NCBI GenBank assembly: GCA_963785305.1
Contig: CAWAUV010000007.1
Span: forward strand, 2,080,001 to 2,144,000
DNA: 64,000 bases
Origin: an uncultured Planctomycetaceae bacterium
Lineage (GTDB): Bacteria > Planctomycetota > Planctomycetia > Pirellulales > PALSA-1355
Direction of reading: 5' to 3'
In this document: one piece after another, positions 52,763 to 64,000 of the stretch
How positions within the stretch are numbered: the stretch's first letter is position 1
Layout of the letters: each line of letters begins with the position of its first letter
Position numbers and translations under genes: made by a program
The notes under the pieces: model-generated
What the model saw: only the letters and a program-made list of their open reading frames with translations
Told to the model about the DNA's origin: nothing
The model's database searches: none

Positions 52763-54197
52763 TCAGTGCTTTTGAACGTCGTAGCAGTACAGATGCTCCT
52801 GCTCGCGCAGATAAAGCTTGCCGCCGGTGATGACCGGATGCGGCCAACTGGGCTTCCGCACATCGGGAATCTTGAACACGCCGCGCTCGTCGTAGCCGCT
52901 TGGGCGCGGCGGCGATCAGCGCCACCGTGCCGTCTTGATAACGAAAATAAAGATTGCCGTCGGCATAGGTCACGGCCGCCGATTCCCGGCCGGGTCCGCG
53001 ATCTTTTCGCCACATGCGCTTGCCGGTCATCCATTCGATGCAGGTGGGAGCGCCGTTATTGTGCCCGTGGCCGAGATACACATAGTCGCCCAAGAGCACC
53101 ATGCCGCCGTGGTGATTTTGGAGCTCCTTGCCTTCGAGAAAATAGACTTCCTCGGCTTCGACGCCGCCTTTTTTTCGCTTCAAATGCACGAGGCCGGCGC
53201 CGGCGCCATAGCCGGTCGAGCAGAAGACATAATCGCCTTGCACGAGCGGCGTGGGAATGTTGGCGGTTTTGTTGGCCACATGGTTGTAGCCCCAGAGAAA
53301 ACGGCCATCGTTCGCGGCCATGCCCACCACGCCGCGGCCCACGAGCTGCACATATTGCCGCACACCCGCCCCATTGCCGATCACGGCCGAGGCATAAGCC
53401 GCGCCGTCGCCGCCGTTGTCGCCGATCTCGGGAATGCCGGTCTTCCAGACGAGCTCGCCCGAAAGTTTATCGAGGGCGGCGAGCGTGGCGTCGGGGGCGC
53501 CGGGCGTGCAAATCAGGTTCGTCCCGTCGACCAGCACCGACTCGCTGTAGCCCCAGCCGCTGTGCATCTTGCCGCCGAAGTCGCGCTTTAGATTCTTTCG
53601 CCACACTTCGGCGCCGGTGGCTGCTTCGGCGCATACCAGATCGCCATGCGTGCCGAGAGCGTAGACCAGCTTGCCGTCGACCGTGGGCGTGGCACGCGGG
53701 CCGCTATAGCCGTTGGGCTCCCATTCGGGCCCGACCTGAAGCGACCAGAGCGGCTTGCCGCCCTCGAGTTCCCGAGCATGGAGCCACTGCTGGCCGTTGC
53801 TATCGCCCATGCAATAGATGCGGCCCTCGGCGATCGAGATTCCGGAGAAGCCGGCGCCCATGCCATCGCATTGCCAAACGAGTGGCGGCCCTTCCGAGGG
53901 CCAGCGTTCGAGCAGCCCCACATCGGGCGAAATGCCGTTTCGCTCCGGTCCGCGCCATTGAGGCCAATAAGGACCGCTCGGCGCCTCGCCGGAGCTTTGG
54001 CCGGAATTCTTGCCGCGCTTGCCGGATTTTTTGTTGGCCAGGGCCGCTTTCTTTTCAGCGGCGGCTTTCGCGACGGCCGCTTTTTTCGCCGCTCGTTGCT
54101 CGGCGGGCGTCGGCTCGTCGACCGCCAGCGCCGCGCTCAATACACCGAGGCAGCACACGCCACACACCAACAAACGCCACGCATTGAGGCGCGACAT
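52763..54197 (-). CDS. PQQ-like (BamB-type) beta-propeller protein (frameshift near 52900)
   Basis: WPQWRGPERNG, GPRATPTV, WGYSES; the second frame ends LYLREQEHLYCYDVQKH*. Confidence 0.88.
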
Positions 54198-54333
54198 GGC
54201 CCGACTCCTTTATTGGGTAAGCGGCCGAACGATCGTGTCGAATCGAGTGGAAACACGCGAGGCAAGAGCCGCCGCCAGCGTCGGAAGAGAGTTCCGCTCT
54301 CGGCGCCAGCGGCGGCCTCGCCAATCGCGAAAA

Positions 54334-55107
54334 CTACTGCTTGATCTGCACTCGCGGCCGAGCCGGCGGAACCGCCTCGTCTTTGTTCGAGATCACGTCG
54401 AGCAGTTCGACGTCGAACACCAGCGTGGCGTTGGGTGGAATACCCGGCCGGCCTTCCTCGCCATAGGCCAGTTCGGCGGGAATGAAAAGCTGCCACTTCG
54501 AACCGGTCGGCATCAGCTGCAGCGCTTCGGTCCAACCGGGAATCACGTTGCGCAGGGGAAAGGTGATCGGCTCGTTGCGGGCATAGGAGCTATCGAATTC
54601 CTTGCCGTCGAGCAGCGTTCCGCGATAGTGGGCCCGCACCGCGTCGTTGAGGGTCGGCTTCGGGCCGGCGCCTTGCTTGACGACTTTGTACTGCAGCCCG
54701 CTGGCCGTGGTTTTCACGTCGGGCTTCTTGCCATTGGCGGCGAGAAACGCGGCGCCTTCCTTCTTGCCTTTTTCGCCGGCGACCTTGGCTTCGGCGGCCA
54801 ATTGAGCGGCGACTTCTTCCTGGAACTGCTGGAGCGCGGCCTGGGCTTCCTTGTCGGTGAGCGCCGACGGCCGCTCGCTCATCGTGTCGCGAAAACCCTG
54901 AATGATCATCTCGACATTGACGGGAATCGAGCGCTGCTTGAAGTCGCGACCCAGGCTGATACCGATCGCATAGCTCGCCTTATCGGCCACGGTTTTCATT
55001 TCGGGCTTCGCCGCCGGCGCGGGATCGGCCGCCAGACAGCGAGCGCCGCCAGCCAAGCCGGCCAACGCGACCAGGGCCGCGATCGACGCGATCGGCAGGC
55101 GACGCAT
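54334..55107 (-). CDS. FKBP-type peptidyl-prolyl isomerase (FkpA/Mip-like)
   Basis: SGLQY, HYRGTLLDGKEFDSS, VIPGWTEAL, LAYG, IPPNATLVFDVELL; signal peptide. Confidence 0.95.
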   Translation of the reverse strand: MRRLPIASIAALVALAGLAGGARCLAADPAPAAKPEMKTVADKASYAIGISLGRDFKQRSIPVNVEMIIQGFRDTMSERPSALTDKEAQAALQQFQEEVAAQLAAEAKVAGEKGKKEGAAFLAANGKKPDVKTTASGLQYKVVKQGAGPKPTLNDAVRAHYRGTLLDGKEFDSSYARNEPITFPLRNVIPGWTEALQLMPTGSKWQLFIPAELAYGEEGRPGIPPNATLVFDVELLDVISNKDEAVPPARPRVQIKQ

Positions 55108-55315
55108 CGCCGAGTGCCATGAGTGACGCATGATAAAATGTCCTTTCTGACCTCTGGGGTCGATGCTGTTTTTTCAAGGGGGATCGTGCTTCGCGCGTGT
55201 GCAATCCGCGACAACCGTCTCGCGATGCCGCGCCGCCCCTGGTTCTTTTTCCAGTGGGTCTCGCGGATTTACGAAAAAGGCCAGCGAAGCCCGGTCGTCG
55301 GGGGTTGGGGTATAA

Positions 55316-55393
55316 GAACCTATCCGGCAACCCCCGGAAGCGCCCAATTTTGCGGGCAGTTTCAATGCTGGCGCCGGGTTGCCGGATAGGCTC
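55316..55393. mobile_element. 78-bp mini-MITE, copy 1
   Basis: GAACCTATCCGGCAACCC...GGGTTGCCGGATAGGCTC with TAA on both sides. Confidence 0.8.
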
Positions 55394-55657
55394 TAAGGGC
55401 CAACCTGACTCTCGCGGCCACGCGACGCGGAGTCAAAGTCTACCTCACACGAAAAGCCCGCGGGATTATAACCGCTTTACCGGTCAAAAGGTAAGTGCCA
55501 TCGCGGCCAGTAGCATCGCGACATCGCGTTGGCGACGGCACGGGCACTTTCGGGCCCGGCCGGGGCAAAACGCCCCTGGATAGACGCGTGAGGGCCGGCA
55601 AAAGAAAAACGCAGTCAACCGCCGAATCGGGGCTGGCGACGTTTAGCCGGCGACGCG

Positions 55658-56016
55658 CTAGCAATTCTTGACCTTCGCGGAATCCAAAAGCCTTTTGCGC
55701 CAGAACTCGGGATTGCGCTGAATCTCGTCCATGAACCGGCAGGCCATGTCACTCGGAACCTTGCCGTGCTCCCAGGGCGCACGGTCTTGGCCGACACCCC
55801 AATAAACTGCGCGAATAGCGCCTGGCTCACGCGAAGAATCTTCCGAGTCGCCTTTACCATTTCAGGCGAGTAAACGTGCGGTTCCAAGTCGAGCACGATC
55901 CGCCGGCAGGTGAACTTATCCGCGACAGGCCGGTCGCTCTTGAGCGCATCACGGAACTCCTCGAGACCGTCGATCAGATCGCGTTCAACATCATTCATTT
56001 CGGTCCCATCAAGCAT
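55658..56016 (-). CDS. HigA-like HTH antitoxin (frameshift near 55780)
   Basis: VKATRKILRVSQALFAQFIGVSAKTVR.WE.G..P...ACRFMDEI. Confidence 0.8.
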
Positions 56017-56043
56017 ATTGCAACTCCACTCAATTCAGAATTT

Positions 56044-56120
56044 CAGCCTATCCGAGAACTTCGGCGAACCCTCACCCTACCCTCACCCAAAGGGAGAGGG
56101 GGAAGTTGCCGGATAGACTC
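56044..56120. mobile_element. 77-bp mini-MITE, copy 2, containing a REP-like hairpin
   Basis: CAGCCTATCCGAGAACTTC...GAAGTTGCCGGATAGACTC; internal CCCTCACCC...GGGAGAGGG. Confidence 0.7.
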
Positions 56121-56520
56121 TTAACGAATCGACTTCTTGCGTCGCAGTTCACGTTCCGTTTCGGCGATCACCTTGTTTAGGTGGGCCTTCACCGCGTCCG
56201 ATATGTTGTCTACTTCACCCTTGCCGTAAACCAAGCAAAGCAAGACAACGCTGAACTCTCCTCGAAATGCACGTACAGCACGCGAGCAGCGCCGCTCTTT
56301 CCGGTATTCCAACGGCTCGGCGCAAACCGCATCTTCCTCAAGCCGCCCGTTCCCTCGATGGCGGGAGCTCCCTTGGGATCCGCCATGATGAAAAGCTGGA
56401 GCGCCGAAAGGTCGTCTTCGTCGTTTAGCCCCATTTTTTCCCAGCGACGGGAAAATGGCTTTAGCTCGATAAAATCAAGAATGTCTTCTGGCTTGACGAC
56501 AGGCCTCGAATACTTTAATG
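56121..56520 (-). CDS. RelE/HigB-family toxin (frameshift near 56255; start uncertain)
   Basis: FIELKPFSRRW, IEGTGGLRKMRF, GKSGAARVLY, LVYGKGEVDNI. Confidence 0.82.
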
Positions 56521-56773
56521 CCAGGTTTTAATTTGCTTGCGACCCGTTTTTCCTTGACGATTCATCTTCGCCTTCGTTCGCCATGAGCACCCCTTTTCTT
56601 TATTCGGCCCAACGATGCCCGCACCCGAGGAAATTGTACCATTTAATGGCATAGCTTACATCCCCGTCCCGAAGCAATTTTCCCCGTTGCATCGGAAAGT
56701 AGCGAGTCCTTTACATCGCCCAAGCGCTATTCCGGTTTGCCCTCCGCCGAATCTGGCGCGAAACGCAATTCCT

Positions 56774-57866
56774 TCACTCGCGTCGATTCAAAGACTTCCG
56801 CCGGGCCCTGGGGCGTCGCACCACGATCGCCGCGGCGCCGGGAGTGGCGTCGATAAGTTTGAGACCCGCCTCGGGGCCAAGCACCAACACCGCCTTTGTA
56901 ATGCTGTCGGCCGTGATGCAGTCGGGGGCCACGACCGTCACGGCGCTCCGGTCCGTGAGGCCGAGCCCGGTGCGCGGGTCGATAATATGGCTATAGCGGC
57001 GGCCCGCGATTTCGACGAACTGATACGCATCGCCCGACGTGGTGACCGCGGCGTTGGCCAGCAGCAGAATTCGGCTGGGCGGCCCACCGGGAACCATCGG
57101 GGCGATGCCGATCTTCCAACCCGGCACTCCGGGCGGCGGAGCACTCACGCCGATATCGCCGCTCGCGTCGACCAGCGCCGAGCTTATTCCCGCGGCGCGC
57201 AACAGGGCCAGCGACTCATCGACCGCGTAGCCCATGGCGATGCCGCCCAGGTCGAGCCGCATGCCCGGTTGCAAAAGCCGGACGCGATGGTTCTCGGAGT
57301 CGAGCTCCAAGTTTTTGTAGCCCACGGCCCGAGCGGCTTCGGCCAAGCCCTCGGGCCGGGGCAATTCCTTTTGCCGCCGGCCGCGGCGCCAGAGTTTTAC
57401 ATAGGGCCCGACCGTGATATCAAACGCCCCGCCCGACTGCTCGGCCAGAAGTTGGGCCCGCGAAAGCACGAGCCACAGCGACTCGCTCACCGGCACACCC
57501 TGGGGGCAGGGCGCGGCGTCGGACAAGCGGCTCAGCTCGCTGTCGGGTTTGTAGTCGCTCATCGCCTGGTCCAGCGCGGCGATGCGGTCGAACACCGCCT
57601 GGGCGGCATTGTTTGCAGCGGGCTTATCGGCTGCGTATAGTAGGACCTTGAATGCGACCCCCATGTGAATCTCGCGATATTCGAATCGCTCGGCACCCTG
57701 GGCGGTCGGGTAGCCGGCGCACGGCGGCTATCCCTCCCCACCCCACCGACCACGCGACCATGAAGGCGAGCGCGGTCCCTGGTCGGCGCCGGCTTGTCGC
57801 GATTTTCCGGCTCTGGCCCGCGCTCCATGATGGAACCCGCTCCGGCGAATTCGATGCGTTGGACAT
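56774..57866 (-). CDS. apbE: FAD:protein FMN transferase (frameshifted at both ends)
   Basis: MG, SELS, GAFDITVGP, LDLGGIAMG, TTSGD, YSHIIDPRTG, AD..T. Confidence 0.9.
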
Positions 57867-57921
57867 GACTTCTCGGTTTCGATAACTCGGACCCGAACGA
57901 ACTTCACAGGACACGATCTCC

Positions 57922-59022
57922 ATGATTAGCGTACTACGCCGAAATGTGAATCGGCAAACCAGCCGCCGCGCCGCGAGCGTCCGCTTGGCTTTGGCTTTGG
58001 TCGCGGCGCTCGTGGGCACGCGAGTTTCGCGGGCAGTTGAATATCTCGATCCCAAAAAAGTCGCCGATGCCTCGGCCACGACCCAGGCCGAGATGAAACC
58101 CTACACCGATGTGATCGCCAACACGCTGGTCACATTCAAAATGGTTCCGATTCCGGGCGGCAAGTTCATGATGGGCAGCCCGGCCAGTGAAGCCGGTCGC
58201 GGCGAGGATGAAGGCCCGCCGCACGAGGTCGTGATTGAGCCGTTTTGGATGGAAGAACACGAAGTCACCTGGGGCGAATACGAGATCTGGATGTTTAACC
58301 TCGACATCCAGCGGCGCGCGGTGAACAGCGAGCCGACGACCGATCTCGACAAAGCGGCCGACGCCGTAACCCGGCCGACGAAGCCTTATACCGACATGAG
58401 CTTCGGCATGGGCAAAGATGGTTTCCCGGCGATCTCGATGACCCAATTGGCGGCCAAGACCTATTGCAAGTGGCTCAGTGCCAAGACCGGCCGTTACTAC
58501 CGGCTGCCGACCGAAGCGGAGTGGGAATACGCCTGCCGCGCGGGCTCGAAGACCGCCTATTCGTTTGGCGACGACCCGATGAAGCTCGATGAATATGCCT
58601 GGAGCGGCGCTGAATAGCAACGAAGCCTATCACAAAGTGGCGACCAGAAAGCCCAATGCCTGGGGACTTTACGACATGCACGGCAATGTGGCCGAATGGA
58701 CGCTCGACGCCCACGACGCCGCGTTCTACAAACAGTTCGAGGGCAAATCGGTGAAGAACCCCTTGGCTGTTCCCAAGAAACTCTATCCGCAGGTCGCGCG
58801 TGGCGGCTCGTGGGACGACGAGGCTGATCGGCTGCGTTCGGCGGCCCGGCGGCCCTCGAACCGCGATTGGAAGCAGCAAGACCCACAGATTCCGCAGAGC
58901 ATTTGGTATTTCACCGACGCCCAGTTTCTAGGTTTCCGCGTCGTGCGCCCCTGCATGAGCCGAGCGCGGCCGAAAAGCAGCAGCTCTGGGAGGCTGGCTC
59001 CGACGAAGACAAAGGCGATTGA
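57922..59022 (+). CDS. Formylglycine-generating-enzyme family protein (frameshifts near 58610 and 58955)
   Basis: [52 protein letters not shown]. Confidence 0.9.
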
Positions 59023-59156
59023 GCCATTTCGCTTTCCGTCCAGACGCCGGGCCGAAAATACTTGCTTCGGCTCACGTGGCGATGGACACTGATGCGCTGT
59101 CGCGTGGACACGAACTCCGCTTACTTTCCCCCCTTTGAACCTTGGAGACCTTTGCG

Positions 59157-60472
59157 ATGACCGATTCGATTTCTCGCGACGCGGCCGGCGGCACGCGTCG
59201 GGATTTTCTCAAGAGCTCGACCGCGCTGGCGGTCGGCGGCGCGCTGGCCAGCACGCTTTCGATCGGCCGCAGCGCGCATGCCGCCGGCGACGATACCATC
59301 AAAATCGCCCTGATCGGCTGCGGTGGCCGCGGCACCGGCGCCGTGGGCGACGCCATGAGCACCAAGCAGAACCTCAAGGTCGTGGCCCTGGCCGACGCGT
59401 TTCGTGATCGGCTCGATGGCTGCTACAACCAACTCAAGAAGTTCGGCGACCGCGTGGAAGTGCCCGAGGATCGGAAGTTCGTGGGCGTGGACGCCTATCA
59501 AAAGGCGATCGACTCGGGCATCGACCTCGCGATTCTCGCCACGCCGCCGGGCTTCCGCCCGATTCACTTGGCCGCCGCGGTCAAGGCCGGCAAGCATGTG
59601 TTCATGGAGAAGCCGGTAGCCACGGAGCAATTCGGCGTGCGGAGCGTGCTCGAGAGCGCGGCCGAAGCCAAGAAGAAGGGCCTCGCGATCGGTGTCGGCT
59701 TGCAGCGCCGGCATCAGAACAGCTACATCGAAACCATCAAGCGCATTGCACGACGGCGCGATCGGCGATGTTCAGTACACTCGCGTGTATTGGAACGGCG
59801 CCGGCGTGTGGGTCAAGCCGCGCCAACCGGATCAGACCGAAATGGAATACCAGGTCCGCAATTGGTACTACTTCGCCTGGCTCAGCGGCGACGAAATCTG
59901 CGAGCAGCACATCCATAACCTCGACGTCGGCAACTGGGTGATGAAAGACCAGCATCCGGTGAAGGCCAACGGCATGGGCGGACGCGAAGTGCGCAGCGGC
60001 AAGGACTACGGCGAAATCTTCGACCATCACACGGTCGAGTTCGAATACGCCGACGGCTCGCGCATGTTCAGCCAGTGCCGCCACATTCCCGGGGCCTGGG
60101 CGATCGTCGATGAATTCGCGATCGGCACGAAGGGCAAGAGCGATGTGAATGGTTCGATCACCGGCGCCGTCGAATACAAGTTCAAGGGCGACAACCCGAA
60201 CCCGTATCACCAGGAGCACGAAGATCTGTATGCCAGCATTCGCTCCGGCAATCCGATCAACGAAGCCGAACGCGGCGCCCACAGCAGCATGACCGCCATT
60301 CTCGGACGCATGGCGACCTATTCGGGCAAGGTGGTCACTTGGGACGAAGCGATCAATTCGCAAGTCAAGATCATGCCGAAGCGACTTCGCGTTTAACGCC
60401 ACGCCGCTCGTGCTGCCCGGCCCCGACGGCATCTACCCGGCGGCCGTGCCGGGTGTGACGAAAGTGTTTTAA
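59157..60472 (+). CDS. Tat-exported Gfo/Idh/MocA oxidoreductase (frameshifts near 59745 and 60385)
   Basis: TRRDFLK, IGCGGRG, ATPP, MEKP, EQHIHNLD. Confidence 0.9.
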
Positions 60473-60544
60473 CGCTCGGATCGCCCGGTTGGCGGCGGCC
60501 GTCGTCAGGCGGCGCGACCGCGGTTCTTGGCGGTGAATCTGGAA

Positions 60545-60597
60545 AGTCCGGCGGCGCCGGCCACGCACCCGCGGGCCGGCGCCGACCGGGCTTTTTC
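60545..60597 (+). terminator. Intrinsic terminator
   Basis: CGGCGCCGGCC / GGCCGGCGCCG stem followed by TTTTT. Confidence 0.6.
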
Positions 60598-60804
60598 ATC
60601 GACCCCCGCCCGAGCCCCCCCGTCAGTCGCATATTCGGATCGCGGCGGATGGATTACGAACCGTTTATCTCGGCATTTCGCGATTCGACATTTCCGGCCT
60701 CGCCGTAAAATTGTCGTAGGCGGGGGCGGCGATCCCCTTTGGTCGACCGGAGATTCGGTCGCCGAGCATTTGGCGGCCAGGACCTTATCAGGGAGATCTC
60801 GATC

Positions 60805-61101
60805 ATGCGACGCTGGACATTATCGCTTCTTACTTCCGGGAGCCTCGCGCTTTCGCTATTCGCGGCGAGCGGCATGGACGCTTTCGCGGCGGGCAATGCT
60901 CCGCAGCGGTACTATCGCACCGCCCCGGTGCGATCGTATTCGTATTATCCGCGCACCACGAATGTGTGGCCCTACTATCCCAATTATGGGAACAACTCGG
61001 TCGGGGCCGCCTATAGCCAAGCCGCCGGCATGCGGCAGGGTCAGTTCTTCGGCACGTTCGGTCTCCGACCGGCCGACGCGCGCGCCCGCGGAGCATATTG
61101 A
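60805..61101 (+). CDS. Small secreted Tyr/Arg-rich hypothetical protein
   Basis: GGGAG RBS; signal peptide ending AFA; YYR/YSYYP-rich. Confidence 0.6.
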   Translation: MRRWTLSLLTSGSLALSLFAASGMDAFAAGNAPQRYYRTAPVRSYSYYPRTTNVWPYYPNYGNNSVGAAYSQAAGMRQGQFFGTFGLRPADARARGAY

Positions 61102-61464
61102 GCCGCGGCCACATGACTCTGGGGCGCGACAGACTGATTATTTGCGTTGGGGGATGGAAAGAGGGGCCTCGGGGCCTCCGAATTCCATCCCCTTGTTTTT
61201 TGGAGTGGCTCTCCCCGGCGTCGCGATACGCATAATCGTTTCCCAATAGGGTAAATGATTTTCCGCGGCGTTTTTTCCGCTCGGCCGGGTAGGCGCGCTT
61301 TCTTTGACACCCCGAGCGCACCGCGCCATACTACCTATATTGCCAACGATATCGGGCGTCGCGGGGAAGACGGTTCGCTGGGCTACTTTGAATTCCCCAC
61401 CGGCGTGATTCGAGCGCCATTGAAAGGGGTCGCAATGTTCGATCGATCGAACCGAGAGGGAGCG

Positions 61465-62661
61465 ATGAAAAGCCGCCTCGCCCCGCTCGCGCTGTTGGCT
61501 TCGGCCGCCATGTTGCTGGTTGCGTTCTCCCCGAGCGCGGTGCGTGCTCAAGCGCCGCCGCTCGACAAAACGACGAGCCCCGAAAAGGCCAGTCCTGGAA
61601 AAGCGAGCCGCAAAAACAACCGGCCGCCGATACTGGCGACGCCGAACTCGACGAATCTCGCGCGATCGAAGCCGCCGCCAAAGCCGATGAGCGAGCCAAA
61701 ACCAAGGCCCGCCTCAAGTCGGCCACGCAAAAAGTGGTTCGCGATCCGGCGATGAAATACACCGACCCGCGCACCTATCGCGTGAAGGTCGGCTTCAAGG
61801 TCGAGGCCGGCGAAGCCGATCTCGTGGGCGTGTCGGCGATCGGGCCGATTCCGATCGACTGGCCCGAGCAAGAAGTTCGCCTGGTGAGCGAGAAGATTCC
61901 TCCGGGAGCGCAGATCACGCAGCAAGTGTCGCCCGGGCAGCGCACCGTGCTGAAGATGAATCTCGCCAGCATCGCGGCTGGCCAGACCGCCACGGTCGAG
62001 CGGCTTTATGAGGTCACGCGGTATCGCATGGAGTTCCAGCTTCCGCCCGAGGAATTGAGCCTGCCGAAGCACACACCCTCGGAGCTGCGCGATCAAATCT
62101 CGGGCATCACGCCGGGCCTCGAGACCAAGCATCCGAAGATCATCGCCCTGACCGAGGAGCTGCGCAAGGAGTCGGCCGACAGCGGGGCGTGGAACGAGGT
62201 GCGCTCGTTTTGGGAATGGAATCGCGACAATGTGAAGTTCGAGCGCGGCGACTTTCGCGGGGCGCTGCTTCGCCGTGGAAAATCGCTGTGGCGACTGCGA
62301 GGAGCTCACCGCGCTCTTCGTGAGCATGTGCCGCATCACGAACATTGGCGCTCGCACCGTGTGGGTCGATGGCACGGCGGCCGGTCACAACTATCCGGAG
62401 TTCTACTTGCTCGACAGGAAGGGCGTGGGCCACTGGATTCCGGCTCAAGTCGTGGGACCAGCCTGGTTCGGCGAGATGTCGGAATATCGCCCGATCTTCC
62501 AGAAAGGCGATCGGTTCTACGATCCCTTCGCCAAGCAGGCGGTGCGTTATTCGCCGCACACTCTGCGCGTGGCCAATGGGGCGAAGGCGAAATTCAAAGT
62601 GATTTTCGAAATCCTGGGCGATCAAGACATCAACGGCCCTTCGTACAACTCGTTGAAGTAA
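61465..62661 (+). CDS. Secreted transglutaminase-like protein (frameshifted)
   Basis: Signal peptide; GDCEELT, ARTVW, GHNYPEFY, WIP. Confidence 0.75.
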
Positions 62662-62697
62662 TTGTCTTGGCCCCACGACGCCGATAGTGGGTTTTGC

Positions 62698-64000
62698 ATG
62701 CGCCGTTTTTGCCTCGGCCCGCCGGTTCGCGTTTCCTGGTCGCTCGCGATTCGCGCGCTCGGCTTGGCGGGCGCCGCGGCGTGTGCCGTTGGCTTCGTGC
62801 GCGCGGCCGACGACGACAATAGCGAGTCGCGGCTCATCGAACGGCGAACCGAGCGGATGCGTCTTTTGTCCGCGCCGCCCGAGCCGCCGGCCGACGAGAA
62901 CCCGGCCGACGAAAACCCGATCGATCGGTTTCTCGCGGCGGGCTGGTCGAAATTCTCGACCGACGAGCGCCCGAGCCACGCGTGCGACGACGCGACCTTC
63001 GCCCGCCGGGTGTTTTTGGATGTGGTGGGCGTGATTCCCTCCTCCCTGGAACTGAATCGATTTTTGGCCGATTCTTCGTCGCGCAAGCGAGCCAAGCTGG
63101 TCGATCTGCTCCTGGCCCGGCGGGCCGACTACGCCGCGCATTCGGGCGCCCTTTTGGGAAGACGCGCTCGGCAGCCAAACGGTCGTCGCCCAAGGCGGCA
63201 TTCCCACCCATGGAAACTATCGCGCCTGGATCGTCGCCAGCTTCATGGCCAATAAGCCTTATGATGTGATGGTGGCCGAGCTGATCGACCCAAGCATGCC
63301 CGGCCGCAAGCAGGGGCAAGACGAAGACCTCTTCGGCACGAAATACCACATCGAATATATCCGCAACGAAGACCTTGCCGTCACGCTCCAAACGGCGTCG
63401 AACATCGGGCAATTGTTTCTTGCCACGTCGATGAAATGCGCCAGTTGCCACGACCACTTCGAACATCCCGAATGGACTCAAGATCGGTTTCTCGGATTCG
63501 CCAGCATGTTTGCTCCGCGCGATCTGGAGCGAGTGCGCTGCGATGTGCATTCGGGCCAGTTCATCGCGGCGAGGTTTCCGTTCACGCTGGCCGGCAGTCG
63601 ACCCGTGGCGCCGCCGGCGGCGAGCCCCGCGGGGTCGAGTGACGGTTCGGGCGACGCCGGAGTGCTTGCGGCTCGATTGCGACTGGCGGCCCAGGCGATC
63701 ACCGATCCGGCCAACGATCGCTTCTCCAAGAGCCTGGTGAATCGACTCTGGAAGCGATATTTGGGTCTCGGGCTCTTTGAGCCGGCCGACGACTACCGAC
63801 CGGAACTGGCCGGCGTGAACTCCGCGCTGCTCGACTGGCTAGCGCATGATTTCGTGACGCATGGCTACAATATTCAGCACACGGCGCGGCGAATTCTAAC
63901 CAGCCAGGCGTATCAACGGTCCTACGACCCACGGCTCGAAGACCGCTTCGACCCGGCGGCGCCCGCCGCGCCGCGATATTTTCGCTCGCCGACTTCGCGA
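62698..64000 (+). CDS. DUF1549/DUF1553 planctomycete protein (frameshift near 63150; runs off the window)
   Basis: NPIDRF, FARRVFLDVVG, NKPYD, CASCHDH, VNRLWKRYLGLG, LLDWLA.DF. Confidence 0.88.

Noticed and set aside
52358..55122. Plus-strand ORFs 52358-54187 and 54010-55122
   Set aside because: Antisense to the well-supported beta-propeller and FKBP genes; low-complexity translations.

Overview
GC-rich bacterial DNA, very probably from a planctomycete: it has a DUF1549/DUF1553 protein, planctomycete-type dockerins, a stand-alone RpoA C-terminal-domain protein and a planctomycete-type palindromic repeat. Bases 1 to ~25.7 kb are a minus-strand polymorphic-toxin island. It holds six 5'-truncated RHS/YD-repeat cassettes, each with a different low-GC C-terminal toxin tip; five have a visible downstream immunity-type gene and the sixth runs off the left edge. 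The island is interspersed with IS256, IS1380 and ISAzo13 elements, MITEs and IS-end remnants. One tip closely matches the colicin-M (lipid II-cleaving) motif and two more look like divergent versions; another has an R-S-E ADP-ribosyltransferase-like layout. The remaining ~38 kb is core-like: pilT and a gspE-like gene, hisF, csrA, a Cu ATPase, FKBP, apbE and oxidoreductases. It also contains a minimal type VII-like locus (WXG100-like proteins with W-x-D instead of W-x-G plus a three-domain FtsK ATPase), an ABC-ATPase plus TOPRIM-like pair resembling defence systems, an orphan vapD, a HigBA-like toxin-antitoxin pair flanked by mini-MITEs, and an unannotated 24-aa lysine-rich histone-H1-like microprotein. 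Many core genes carry single-base frameshifts, most likely assembly errors. All family calls are by motif recognition; no searches were run.
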